In this document: one piece after another, positions 56,502 to 64,000 of the stretch
How the letters are laid out: each line of letters starts with the position of its first letter
How positions within the stretch are numbered: the first letter of the stretch is position 1
NCBI GenBank assembly: GCA_013151445.1
Contig: JAADIG010000136.1
Span: forward strand, 6,383-70,382
Origin: Actinomycetota bacterium
Lineage (GTDB): Bacteria > Actinomycetota > Acidimicrobiia > Spongiisociales > UBA5794
Direction of reading: 5' to 3'
DNA length: 64,000 nucleotides
Made by a program: the position numbers and the translations under genes
The notes under the pieces: generated by a model
Databases searched by the model: none
Told to the model about the DNA's origin: nothing
What the model saw: only the letters and a program-made list of their open reading frames with translations

Positions 56502-57421
56502 TGCACGCTGTCTTCCTCGGAACACCCGCTGCGGCGGTAGGATCGCTTGCTGCCCTGTCCGATATTATTGATATTTCGCGGGTGATTACCCAGCCCGACG
56601 CTCCACAAGGTCGCTCGAAGCGGCTAGCCCCACCACCGGTGAAGGTCGCCGCCATCGAGTGGGGTTTCTCTGTCAGCCAACCCACAACGGCGAAGGAACT
56701 TACCGCCTTGATCACAGAACTACAACCAACGCTCGGCCTCGTCGTCGCCTACGGACGTTTGCTGAAGCCGGACGTCCTGGAAATCCCGTTTCGTGGATTC
56801 GTGAATGTGCACTTTTCTTTGCTGCCTCGCTGGCGTGGTGCGGCGCCCGTCGAGCGTGCAATCCTGACCGGTGACGAGTCGACCGGTGTGTCGCTCATGT
56901 CCATCGATGAGGGCCTCGACACTGGACCCGTTCTGGCACGTGTGGAGACGCCGATCGGTCCGGAAGAAACCGGCGGCTCCTTGACGGCCCGATTGGCACA
57001 CCTCGGCGCTGAAATGGTCGATGATGTCCTGCCTTCTTTCCTTCACGGAGAACTCCGTGGAGCTCCTCAGATCGGGTCAGCTGCAACGCATGCGGCCCGA
57101 CTCACGAAGGCCGAGGCGCAGCTCCATCCCGAACTGTCAGTAGCCGCGTTCCTACGAGCCGTCCGGGCGTACAATCCGCGACCGGGAGCCTGGTTGTCCG
57201 TCAATGGCGAGCGAGTCAAGGTGCACACAGCGGGTGAGGGCGTCGTAGCGGCCGAACCGGGCCTCATCACCCCCGATGCGGATGGCCGTCCCAACCTCGG
57301 CTTAGCGGATGGTTCGATCGCCCTGGTGTCCGTTCAGCCGCCGGGCAAGCGCATCATGTGCGCTGAGGACTGGCTGCGAGGCATCCGTGGCGACACTATC
57401 AGTGTCGGGGGACCGGTATGA
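56501..57421 (+). CDS. fmt: Methionyl-tRNA formyltransferase
   Basis: VFLGTP, NVHFSLLPRWRGAAPV and a C-terminal Fmt domain are present. The start overlaps the def stop. Confidence 0.95.
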   Translation: MHAVFLGTPAAAVGSLAALSDIIDISRVITQPDAPQGRSKRLAPPPVKVAAIEWGFSVSQPTTAKELTALITELQPTLGLVVAYGRLLKPDVLEIPFRGFVNVHFSLLPRWRGAAPVERAILTGDESTGVSLMSIDEGLDTGPVLARVETPIGPEETGGSLTARLAHLGAEMVDDVLPSFLHGELRGAPQIGSAATHAARLTKAEAQLHPELSVAAFLRAVRAYNPRPGAWLSVNGERVKVHTAGEGVVAAEPGLITPDADGRPNLGLADGSIALVSVQPPGKRIMCAEDWLRGIRGDTISVGGPV

Positions 57422-58635
57422 AACCCGGGGTGCGGACCCGTGCCGCCGCCGCCCGTGCGTTGATGGATGTCACCGAAAACGGTGCCTGGTCGAATCGAGT
57501 GGCCGAGGTCCTGGTTGAAGAGATGCCACAGCGGGAAAAAGCGAAGACTCTTCGTCTGTTTATGGACGCGGTCAGGTTCAGACGACGGCTCGATCGTGCC
57601 ATCGATTCGGTCATAACGCGCCCGCTGGACGATGCCGACCCCGAGATTCGGGCCTGCTTGCGTATCGGGGCAGTCGACCTGTTGTTACACAGGACCCCGT
57701 CGTTTGCTGCGATCAGCACGGCGGTTGAAGCGACCCGAGAACTCGATGTTGGACATGCATCAAGCTTCGTGAACGCCGCCTTGCGCAAGCTGGACGAACG
57801 CGGCGAGCCAGCGCTCGAGGGGGAAGCACGTTACGAGCAGTGGGGTGTGGAGGATCATGTGTTCGGCATCGTTGCTGAGCTGCTCGGTGAAGATGCTGCA
57901 GCGGCGTTCTTTGAGGCATGTATCGAGCCGCCCTCAGTGTCGTGCTTTGTCGCCTCGAACAGCGACACACCACTGTCTTTCGTCCCTCACGATTCGATCA
58001 AGGGAGCGGGCCATCTTGAGCATCCGTCGGATGCCGATCCCCCCTACATCATGGACGCAGCCTCGGTCGCGGTTGGGCGGGTCGTCGGTGCCAAGCCGGG
58101 AGACACGGTGCTCGATATCGCGGCGGCTCCGGGCGGTAAGACACTTGTGATTGCAGACATGATGCAGGGGGAGGGGCTGCTCGTCGCCGCCGATCGTCAC
58201 TGGAACCGTCTAGTTCGAGCCGCCCGCCGCTGGGACGACCTCAGTTTGTCTGTCGGTATCGTTCAGGCAGACGGCCTTGCATCCCCGTTTCGTCCCGGAT
58301 CCTTTGATGTTGTCCTTCTCGACGCACCGTGTTCTGGGTTGGGAACTCTGCGGCGGCGTCCCGAGATCAAGGATCGAGTTTCCACCAAGAACATCGCGAG
58401 CCTCGCGGAGATCCAGGGTGATCTTCTTGCAGCCGCTCTGCCTCTCGTCCGACCCGGTGGTCGGCTGGTGTACTCGGTGTGCACGCTGACCAAGCAAGAA
58501 ACCATCGACAGGGTCGAAATGTACGACGCTGCTCCCCCCGAGGGCCTGCCCGGGGAGATCCTCGGAAAGGGCTTTCTCCTCGCCCCACACCTGACCGGCA
58601 CGGACGGTATGTTCATCTCGGTCATAACCCCCTGA
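57418..58635 (+). CDS. rsmB: 16S rRNA (cytosine-C5)-methyltransferase RsmB/Sun
   Basis: It has a NusB-like N-terminal domain and a SAM methyltransferase core (DIAAAPGGKT, DAPCSGLGTLRRRPE, YSVCT). The product is 405 aa. Confidence 0.9.
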   Translation: MKPGVRTRAAAARALMDVTENGAWSNRVAEVLVEEMPQREKAKTLRLFMDAVRFRRRLDRAIDSVITRPLDDADPEIRACLRIGAVDLLLHRTPSFAAISTAVEATRELDVGHASSFVNAALRKLDERGEPALEGEARYEQWGVEDHVFGIVAELLGEDAAAAFFEACIEPPSVSCFVASNSDTPLSFVPHDSIKGAGHLEHPSDADPPYIMDAASVAVGRVVGAKPGDTVLDIAAAPGGKTLVIADMMQGEGLLVAADRHWNRLVRAARRWDDLSLSVGIVQADGLASPFRPGSFDVVLLDAPCSGLGTLRRRPEIKDRVSTKNIASLAEIQGDLLAAALPLVRPGGRLVYSVCTLTKQETIDRVEMYDAAPPEGLPGEILGKGFLLAPHLTGTDGMFISVITP

Positions 58636-58819
58636 GACCACCACGGCTTCCCGAACGCGAAGCTCGCTGAGAGGGACGCCGCCACGCCGCGCACCTGGTG
58701 GGTAGTTCAGGTTCTCCGGGAGGTTGCCGCTCAGTTGCCCAAACACCCATGGACTGTGGACGTAAGGCGGGTGCGGACACCCCGGCGGCACGCAAACCGC
58801 CCGCAACCGGCGAGGCGTG

Positions 58820-59623
58820 TCACTCGATCACTATCGTGTCGAGGCCTGCTTCGGGTTCGGGGAATTTCATGTCAAGGGCTTTGAGCGTGTCCACCAGGAT
58901 CTGAGTCACCACGATGTTGCGATGCCACTTTGCGTTCGCCGGGACGACATACCACGGAGCAGTGGCGGTGGCGGTGCGGGCGATCGCATCCTCATATGCA
59001 GCCATGTACTCATCCCAAAGCTTGCGATGGTCAAGGTCGCCGGCGTTGAATTTCCAGTTTCGTTCCGGATCGTCGAGGCGAGCCTGGAGACGACCGGCCT
59101 GTTCGTCCTTCGAGATGTTGAGGTAGATCTTGACGATTGTCGTACCCTCGTCGACGAGGCGCTGCTCGAAATCCACGATGTGGTCGTAGCGCCGTCCCCA
59201 CCGCTGGCTCGGTACCAGGTCGAGTACGCGAACAACGAGCACATCCTCGTAGTGGCTGCGATTGAAGACGACAATCTCGCCATTGCCAGGGGCATGGGGA
59301 TGCACCCGCCACAGGTAGTCGTGGGCGAGTTCTTCTGCGGTCGGTGCCTTAAAGTTCGTCACCCACACGCCCTGAGGGTTCACCCCCTTGAAGACGTTGC
59401 GAATTGTGCCATCCTTACCCCCGGTGTCCATTGCTTGGAGCACCACCAGGAGTTTGTGTTTGTCCTCGGCCCACAGCAGGAACTGCAACTCCGCGAGTTC
59501 CTTGCGAAGATTCTTCAGGTGCTTCTTTGCCTCATCCCTGGAGCCCTCGAAGGCCGAGGTATCGCCTGGTGAGAATTGGGCGAGGGAAAACCCCGCAGCG
59601 CTCGTGACCCTGTACTGATCCAC
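58820..59623 (-). CDS. ppk2: Polyphosphate kinase 2 (PPK2) family protein
   Basis: LLVVLQAMDTGGKDGTI is the Walker A-like motif, with FNRSHYEDVLV and the lid region WKFNAGDLDHRKLWDEY. The product is 267 aa. GTG 59623 is preceded by GGAGGA on the minus strand. Confidence 0.9.
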   Translation of the reverse strand: MDQYRVTSAAGFSLAQFSPGDTSAFEGSRDEAKKHLKNLRKELAELQFLLWAEDKHKLLVVLQAMDTGGKDGTIRNVFKGVNPQGVWVTNFKAPTAEELAHDYLWRVHPHAPGNGEIVVFNRSHYEDVLVVRVLDLVPSQRWGRRYDHIVDFEQRLVDEGTTIVKIYLNISKDEQAGRLQARLDDPERNWKFNAGDLDHRKLWDEYMAAYEDAIARTATATAPWYVVPANAKWHRNIVVTQILVDTLKALDMKFPEPEAGLDTIVIE

Positions 59624-59697
59624 CGATATCCTCCGCCGTCGTCACAATGTTCTGGTCCCAGACCATACCCGTGATGCCGCCTATGCTCAGGTCCCAT

Positions 59698-60354
59698 ATG
59701 AGAGAACTAAAGATCGCACCCTCAATCTTGGCAGCGGATTTCGCCAACCTCGGAGCTTCTGTCGCCGAGGTGGCCGACGTCGTCGACATGTTGCATGTCG
59801 ACGTCATGGATGGCCACTTCGTGCCGAATCTCACCATCGGTATGCCCGTGATCGCGGCCCTGCGCCGGGTCACCGACCTTCCCTTCGACTGTCACCTCAT
59901 GACGACGAACGCGATCGACTATCTTCCGGCACTGGCCGAGGCTGGCGCAACCCACGTAACGGTGCACGCCGAGGTTTATCAGGACCCGACCCCCGTAGTC
60001 GCCCTCGCCGCAGAGCTCGGGCTCACCGTTGGCATCGCCATCAACCCGATCACGCCGCCCGAAGCAATAGCGCCATTCGTCGAAGATGTCACGATGCTGC
60101 TCGTCATGTCCGTCGAACCGGGATTTGGTGGCCAGACGTTTATCGAAGCAGTCCTGCCAAAGGTCGAAACATTGAGAAAGTTGGTTGATTCTCAGGGACT
60201 CGGGACCGATATAGAGATTGACGGCGGAATCTCGCCTGCGAACACACGTCGGGTGTGGGATGCAGGTGCGAACGTGTTGGTTGCGGGGAGCGCGGTGTTT
60301 GCTGCCGATGACCCGGTCGCGGCCGTCATGAAGATGAGAGCAGCAATTACCTGA
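59698..60354 (+). CDS. rpe: Ribulose-phosphate 3-epimerase
   Basis: KIAPSILAADFANLG, HVDVMDGHFVPN, MSVEPGFGGQ and IEIDGGI are present. The ATG at 59698 is internal to the ORF-track ORF starting at 59647. Confidence 0.95.
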   Translation: MRELKIAPSILAADFANLGASVAEVADVVDMLHVDVMDGHFVPNLTIGMPVIAALRRVTDLPFDCHLMTTNAIDYLPALAEAGATHVTVHAEVYQDPTPVVALAAELGLTVGIAINPITPPEAIAPFVEDVTMLLVMSVEPGFGGQTFIEAVLPKVETLRKLVDSQGLGTDIEIDGGISPANTRRVWDAGANVLVAGSAVFAADDPVAAVMKMRAAIT

Positions 60355-60364
60355 CAGGAAGACA

Positions 60365-61291
60365 ATGCGAGAACGGATTCTGGTTGTCGACGACGATCCG
60401 GACATTCTTCAGTTTGTACGGATGAACCTCGAACTCGAGGGTTTCGATACGCGCACTGCTGAGAGTGGCAAAGAGGGGCTGGCCATGGCGAAGGAGCAGC
60501 CACCCGACCTCGTATTACTTGATGTCATGATGCCCGGCATGGATGGCCTTACGGTGCTGAAGAACCTTCGCACGAATCAGGCGACCGCTAACTGTCCGGT
60601 GATCATCCTGACTGCCAAGGTTCTCGCCGATGACCGGGTGCGGGCGCTCGATCTGGGTGCCGACGACTACGTTTCGAAACCATTCGATCTCACCGAGTTG
60701 CTTGCCAGGGTGCGTTCGGTTCTCAGACGTGCCCAGCAGATGCGAGACATTTCTCCTCTCACCGGACTACCGGGCAACTTCCGAATCTCCAACGAGCTTG
60801 AGGAACGGGTTTCATCGGGGGAGGGCTTTGCGTTCGTCTACGCAGATCTCGACAACTTCAAGGCCTTCAATGATCATTACGGTTTCATGCGCGGAGACAC
60901 GGTCATCAAGTTCACCGCAAAGTGCCTCCTCGAGGCGGCGGCCGAGGTGGGTGGGGACCAGGCATTTGTTGGCCACATCGGCGGTGATGACTTCGTCGCG
61001 GTCCTGACCCCCGAAGAGGCTGAACCGTTCTGCAAGGCGGTGATCGAGCAGTACGACGCGGGGATTCTTGAATTCTACGACACGGCTGATGCTCTCCAGG
61101 GGTACATAGAGGTCAAGGATCGGCGCGGTGAACGCCATGCCTTCCCGGTGTCGTCCATCTCGATAGGGGTCGTAACGAACGTGACCCGGACTATCGAATC
61201 CGAATGGGAAGCATCGGCGATTGCCGTGGAAATGAAGGAATACGCAAAGCGGCAATCCGGCTCGGTTTACGAGATCGATCGTCGCCTCTAA
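60365..61291 (+). CDS. Response regulator with GGDEF-type output domain (motif GGDDF)
   Basis: The REC domain has DDD 9-11, phospho-acceptor D53 in LLDVMMPGMDG, T83 and K105. The GGDEF domain has YADLDNFKAFNDHYGFMRGD and HIGGDDF. The product is 308 aa. Confidence 0.88.
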   Translation: MRERILVVDDDPDILQFVRMNLELEGFDTRTAESGKEGLAMAKEQPPDLVLLDVMMPGMDGLTVLKNLRTNQATANCPVIILTAKVLADDRVRALDLGADDYVSKPFDLTELLARVRSVLRRAQQMRDISPLTGLPGNFRISNELEERVSSGEGFAFVYADLDNFKAFNDHYGFMRGDTVIKFTAKCLLEAAAEVGGDQAFVGHIGGDDFVAVLTPEEAEPFCKAVIEQYDAGILEFYDTADALQGYIEVKDRRGERHAFPVSSISIGVVTNVTRTIESEWEASAIAVEMKEYAKRQSGSVYEIDRRL

Positions 61292-61346
61292 CTACCGAAA
61301 CCGGGGACTCGGTATTGAGGTACAATCCTGTCAATTCAATAACAAC

Positions 61347-61464
61347 GCCCCCTTCAGGGCAGGGTGTAATTCCCGACCGGCGGTGAAAGCCCGCGACCCC
61401 TTGAAACGGTGGACTCGATGAAACTCCGAGGCCGACGGTAACAGTCCGGATGGAAGAAGGAGGC
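61347..61464 (+). promoter_or_regulatory. FMN riboswitch (RFN element) upstream of ribD
   Basis: CCUUCAGGGCAGGGUGUAAUUCCCGACCGGCGGUGAAAGCCCGCGA...CUCCGAGGCCGACGGUAACAGUCCGGAUGGAAGAAGGAGG matches the conserved RFN core. The P1 3' strand (GAAGG) is part of the ribD SD. Confidence 0.85.
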
Positions 61465-61467
61465 CGC

Positions 61468-62577
61468 GTGTCAAGTCGCGCGAGTTCTGACAATTTGTCT
61501 GGGCTCTCGGGTGCGGAAACGTTGATGCATGACGCCATCGAGCTCGCTCGACGGGCGTTGCCTCATCCGAATCCGCGTGTCGGGAGCCTCATTGTGTCGC
61601 CACATGGCGACGTTATCGGCCGCGGCTATCACCACGCCGCCGGAACATCCCACGCCGAAATTCTTGCCATCGCCGATGCAGGCGCCGCGACCCGCGGCGC
61701 AACCCTGATCGTGACGCTGGAGCCGTGTAACCACCAGGGCCGGACGCCACCGTGTACTGATGCGATTCTGGCCGCGGGGATAACGCAGGTGGTCGTGGGT
61801 GCTATCGATCCCGACGAACGTGTTGGGGGAAGCGGCGTGGCACGTCTGAGATCCGCCGGAGTCATCGTGAGAACGGGAGTCGAGGCGAATGCAGTTCGAT
61901 CTGCCGACCCTGGTTATTTCCACCACCGCACGACCGGGCATCCGAGGGTCATCGCAAAGATGGCTGCTACCTTGGATGGCCAGATAGCTGCGCTCGACGG
62001 CACCTCTCAGTGGATTACGGGTGCAGCCGCACGCGATGACGTACATCGACTGCGTGCCGATGTTGATGCGGTTCTCATCGGGGCTGGGACACTGCGTGCC
62101 GATGATCCCTCACTCACGGTCCGACTCGCCGGATACACCGGTCCCCAACCAAGACCGGTTGTGCTTGGAGGGCGCGTTGCGCTGCCCAAGAAGGCGGCTG
62201 TGTACGATCGGGATCCGATTGTGTTTGTGCCCTCGGACACCGCCGTCCCCGACGGTTTGACCGATGTTGTTCGCATTGCCGACGACGTCGTCGCACCCGA
62301 TGCAGTAGTCAAGGAGCTCATGCAGCGCGGCATGCTGCATCTTCTGGTCGAGGGCGGTGGGACCGTTGCGCGGGCCTTCCTGGAGGCGGGGGTGCTCGAT
62401 GGCGCAGTGTTCTACCTCGGGGGAAAAATTGCCGGGGGACAGGGGACCGGGATGTTCACCGGAGCGTTCTCGACCCTTACCGATGCGTACGAGGTGCACC
62501 TCGAGTCGGTTACTGCGTTGGGCAATGACGTACGCATCGATGTAGCGTTTCCGACCGCCACCACGGAGGCGACATAA
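61468..62577 (+). CDS. ribD: Bifunctional diaminohydroxyphosphoribosylaminopyrimidine deaminase / 5-amino-6-(5-phosphoribosylamino)uracil reductase
   Basis: It has a deaminase zinc motif (HAEI...TLEPCNHQGRTPPC) and a C-terminal reductase domain. The start is GTG 61468, 4 nt after AAGGAGG, or ATG 61525 (MHDAIELA). Confidence 0.9.
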   Translation: MSSRASSDNLSGLSGAETLMHDAIELARRALPHPNPRVGSLIVSPHGDVIGRGYHHAAGTSHAEILAIADAGAATRGATLIVTLEPCNHQGRTPPCTDAILAAGITQVVVGAIDPDERVGGSGVARLRSAGVIVRTGVEANAVRSADPGYFHHRTTGHPRVIAKMAATLDGQIAALDGTSQWITGAAARDDVHRLRADVDAVLIGAGTLRADDPSLTVRLAGYTGPQPRPVVLGGRVALPKKAAVYDRDPIVFVPSDTAVPDGLTDVVRIADDVVAPDAVVKELMQRGMLHLLVEGGGTVARAFLEAGVLDGAVFYLGGKIAGGQGTGMFTGAFSTLTDAYEVHLESVTALGNDVRIDVAFPTATTEAT

Positions 62578-63182
62578 TGTTTACTGGGATTGTGTCCGAG
62601 CTGGGTCTGGTTTCGAGGATATCTCGTTCCGCCGAGATCACGGCACTTGATATTTCGGCGCCCCAGACTGTCACCGGACTCCGGATCGGGGACTCCATTG
62701 CGGTAAACGGCGTCTGCCTTACTGCGGTCACGATCGAAGGTGACATCTTTACGGTCGAGGCCATGCACGAGACCCTCGCGAGATCCTCGCTGGCGCAACT
62801 CGACGAGGGTGTCGCAGTCAACCTCGAGAGGCCCATGCTGGCCTCAGGCCGGTTCGATGGGCACATCGTCCAGGGGCATGTCGATGCGGTGGGGACCGTT
62901 GTGTCTGTTGCCGCAGATGGTGCCGCAAAACGCTTCACCTTCTCAGTTCCTGACACTGTCGCCCGGTACATCGTCGAGAAGGGCTCCATCACCGTTGATG
63001 GTGTTTCCCTGACCGTAACCGGGGTGACGCCGGTAGCTGCAAGACAGCAAACGTTTGAAGTAGCCGTGATCCCCCACACTCTGGTGGCCACGGTATTTGG
63101 CAAATACACGGTGGGTTCCGCCGTCAATATCGAAGTCGATGTACTCGCAAAGTACGTCGAACGGCTCGTGGAGGTCCGTTGA
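62577..63182 (+). CDS. ribE: Riboflavin synthase (alpha chain)
   Basis: MFTGIV.E.G begins the protein, with a duplicated lumazine-binding repeat ([12 protein letters not shown] / [12 protein letters not shown]). The product is 201 aa. Confidence 0.93.
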   Translation: MFTGIVSELGLVSRISRSAEITALDISAPQTVTGLRIGDSIAVNGVCLTAVTIEGDIFTVEAMHETLARSSLAQLDEGVAVNLERPMLASGRFDGHIVQGHVDAVGTVVSVAADGAAKRFTFSVPDTVARYIVEKGSITVDGVSLTVTGVTPVAARQQTFEVAVIPHTLVATVFGKYTVGSAVNIEVDVLAKYVERLVEVR

Positions 63183-64000
63183 TGAACACAGAGAGAGTCC
63201 GACGAGCGTTGGATGCGATGCGCAACGGCGAGTTCGTGCTCGTCGTCGACGACGAGCACCGTGAGAATGAGGGAGATCTCATTCTCGCCGCCGAAATGGC
63301 GACGGAAGAAGCGATCGCATTCATGGTTCGTCACACCTCCGGCCTGATTTGTGTACCCACAACGGGAGAACGACTCGACGCCCTCGGACTGCCGCTGATG
63401 GTCATTGAGAACACTGACACGCACGAGACTGCTTTCACCGTATCTGTTGATGCGGCTTTTGGTGACATGACGACCGGGATTTCTGCATCCGATCGCGCAA
63501 CGACCATACGAGCGCTCGCAGATTCCGCAACGCGGCCTGATCAACTCACTCGGCCAGGACACATCTTTCCGTTGCGATATGCCGAGGGCGGTGTTCTGGT
63601 GCGGCCGGGACACACCGAGGCTGCGGTGGATCTCGCCCGCCTTGCCGGACTGGCACCCACCGGCGTTGTTTGTGAAATTGTCAACGAGGACGGATCCATG
63701 TCTCGTGGACCGGAACTGGAGGCTTTTGCGGACCGTCACGGGATAACCCGGTTGTCGATAGCCGAACTCGTCGACTACCGCTGGGCAACGGAGAGTCTTG
63801 TCGAGCACGTCGACGCGGCGCGCCTCCCAACCGCACATGGGGAGTTCATCGCTCACGGCTACCGGGCCCACGACGGATCCGAACACATTGCCCTGGTTTT
63901 GGGCGATGTTGCAGGAGCCGAGGATGTTCTGGTCCGCCTCCACTCTGAATGCCTCACCGGTGACGTGTTCGGCAGCAACCGGTGCGATTGCGGCGCCCAA
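63182..64000 (+). CDS. ribBA: Bifunctional 3,4-dihydroxy-2-butanone-4-phosphate synthase / GTP cyclohydrolase II (5' partial, runs off window)
   Basis: This ORF is not in the ORF track because it is open at the window end. Hand translation gives [38 protein letters not shown]...[16 protein letters not shown]...[24 protein letters not shown] 63182 overlaps the ribE TGA by 1 nt. Confidence 0.93.
   Translation, partial: MNTERVRRALDAMRNGEFVLVVDDEHRENEGDLILAAEMATEEAIAFMVRHTSGLICVPTTGERLDALGLPLMVIENTDTHETAFTVSVDAAFGDMTTGISASDRATTIRALADSATRPDQLTRPGHIFPLRYAEGGVLVRPGHTEAAVDLARLAGLAPTGVVCEIVNEDGSMSRGPELEAFADRHGITRLSIAELVDYRWATESLVEHVDAARLPTAHGEFIAHGYRAHDGSEHIALVLGDVAGAEDVLVRLHSECLTGDVFGSNRCDCGAQ

Noticed and set aside
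58817-59572. 251-aa plus-strand ORF opposite PPK2
   Set aside because: The minus-strand frame carries the PPK2 Walker-like and lid motifs and a good SD. The plus-strand product has no motif, so it is the shadow ORF.
62510-64000. 496-aa minus-strand ORF, the longest ORF at the window end
   Set aside because: It lies antisense to ribD/ribE/ribBA, whose plus-strand translations carry unmistakable family motifs. The minus-strand product is R/S/T/V-rich with no recognisable motif. This is the usual long antisense ORF artefact of high-GC DNA.

Overview
This is a densely packed, high-GC (judged by eye, not computed) housekeeping segment of an Actinomycetota-type chromosome. All family calls rest on motif and pattern recognition in the translations; no database search was run.

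Backbone: 62 of the 63 called CDSs are on the + strand, and many have 1-8 nt stop/start overlaps. From memory of Streptomyces and Mycobacterium maps, the gene order is collinear with the conserved actinobacterial backbone:
- PIM acyltransferase-pimA-pdxS-pdxT-yebC-ruvCAB-(queA-tgt)-yajC-secDF-rel
- MBL-hisS-aspS-rarA-alaS-ruvX-mltG-aroE
- aroC-aroK-aroB-pepP-efp-nusB
- pyrR-pyrB-pyrC-carA-carB-pyrD-pyrF-mihF-gmk-rpoZ-coaBC-priA-def-fmt-rsmB-rpe
- ribD-ribE-ribBA (ribBA runs off the 3' end of the window)

Four non-backbone insertions sit in this frame:
1. A complete type IVa-pilus-like machinery lies exactly between aroE and aroC (28.8-38.1 kb). It comprises pilB, a pilT with an extra N-terminal MshEN/T2SSE_N-like domain, pilC, pilA with its own terminator, pilD, pilM, pilN, pilO and a PilP-like gene, with no secretin.
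2. A separate three-gene operon of very large prepilin-like or PilX-like proteins lies between rel and MBL-hisS (14.1-17.9 kb).
3. A PPK2 gene is the only minus-strand gene.
4. A REC-GGDEF response regulator with a GGDDF motif lies between rpe and the rib operon.

Recognisable cis-RNA elements are a PyrR-binding hairpin upstream of pyrR and an FMN riboswitch upstream of ribD.

I saw no rRNA, tRNA, CRISPR array, transposase or integrase. The most interesting candidate is the pilus system and its possible c-di-GMP wiring.
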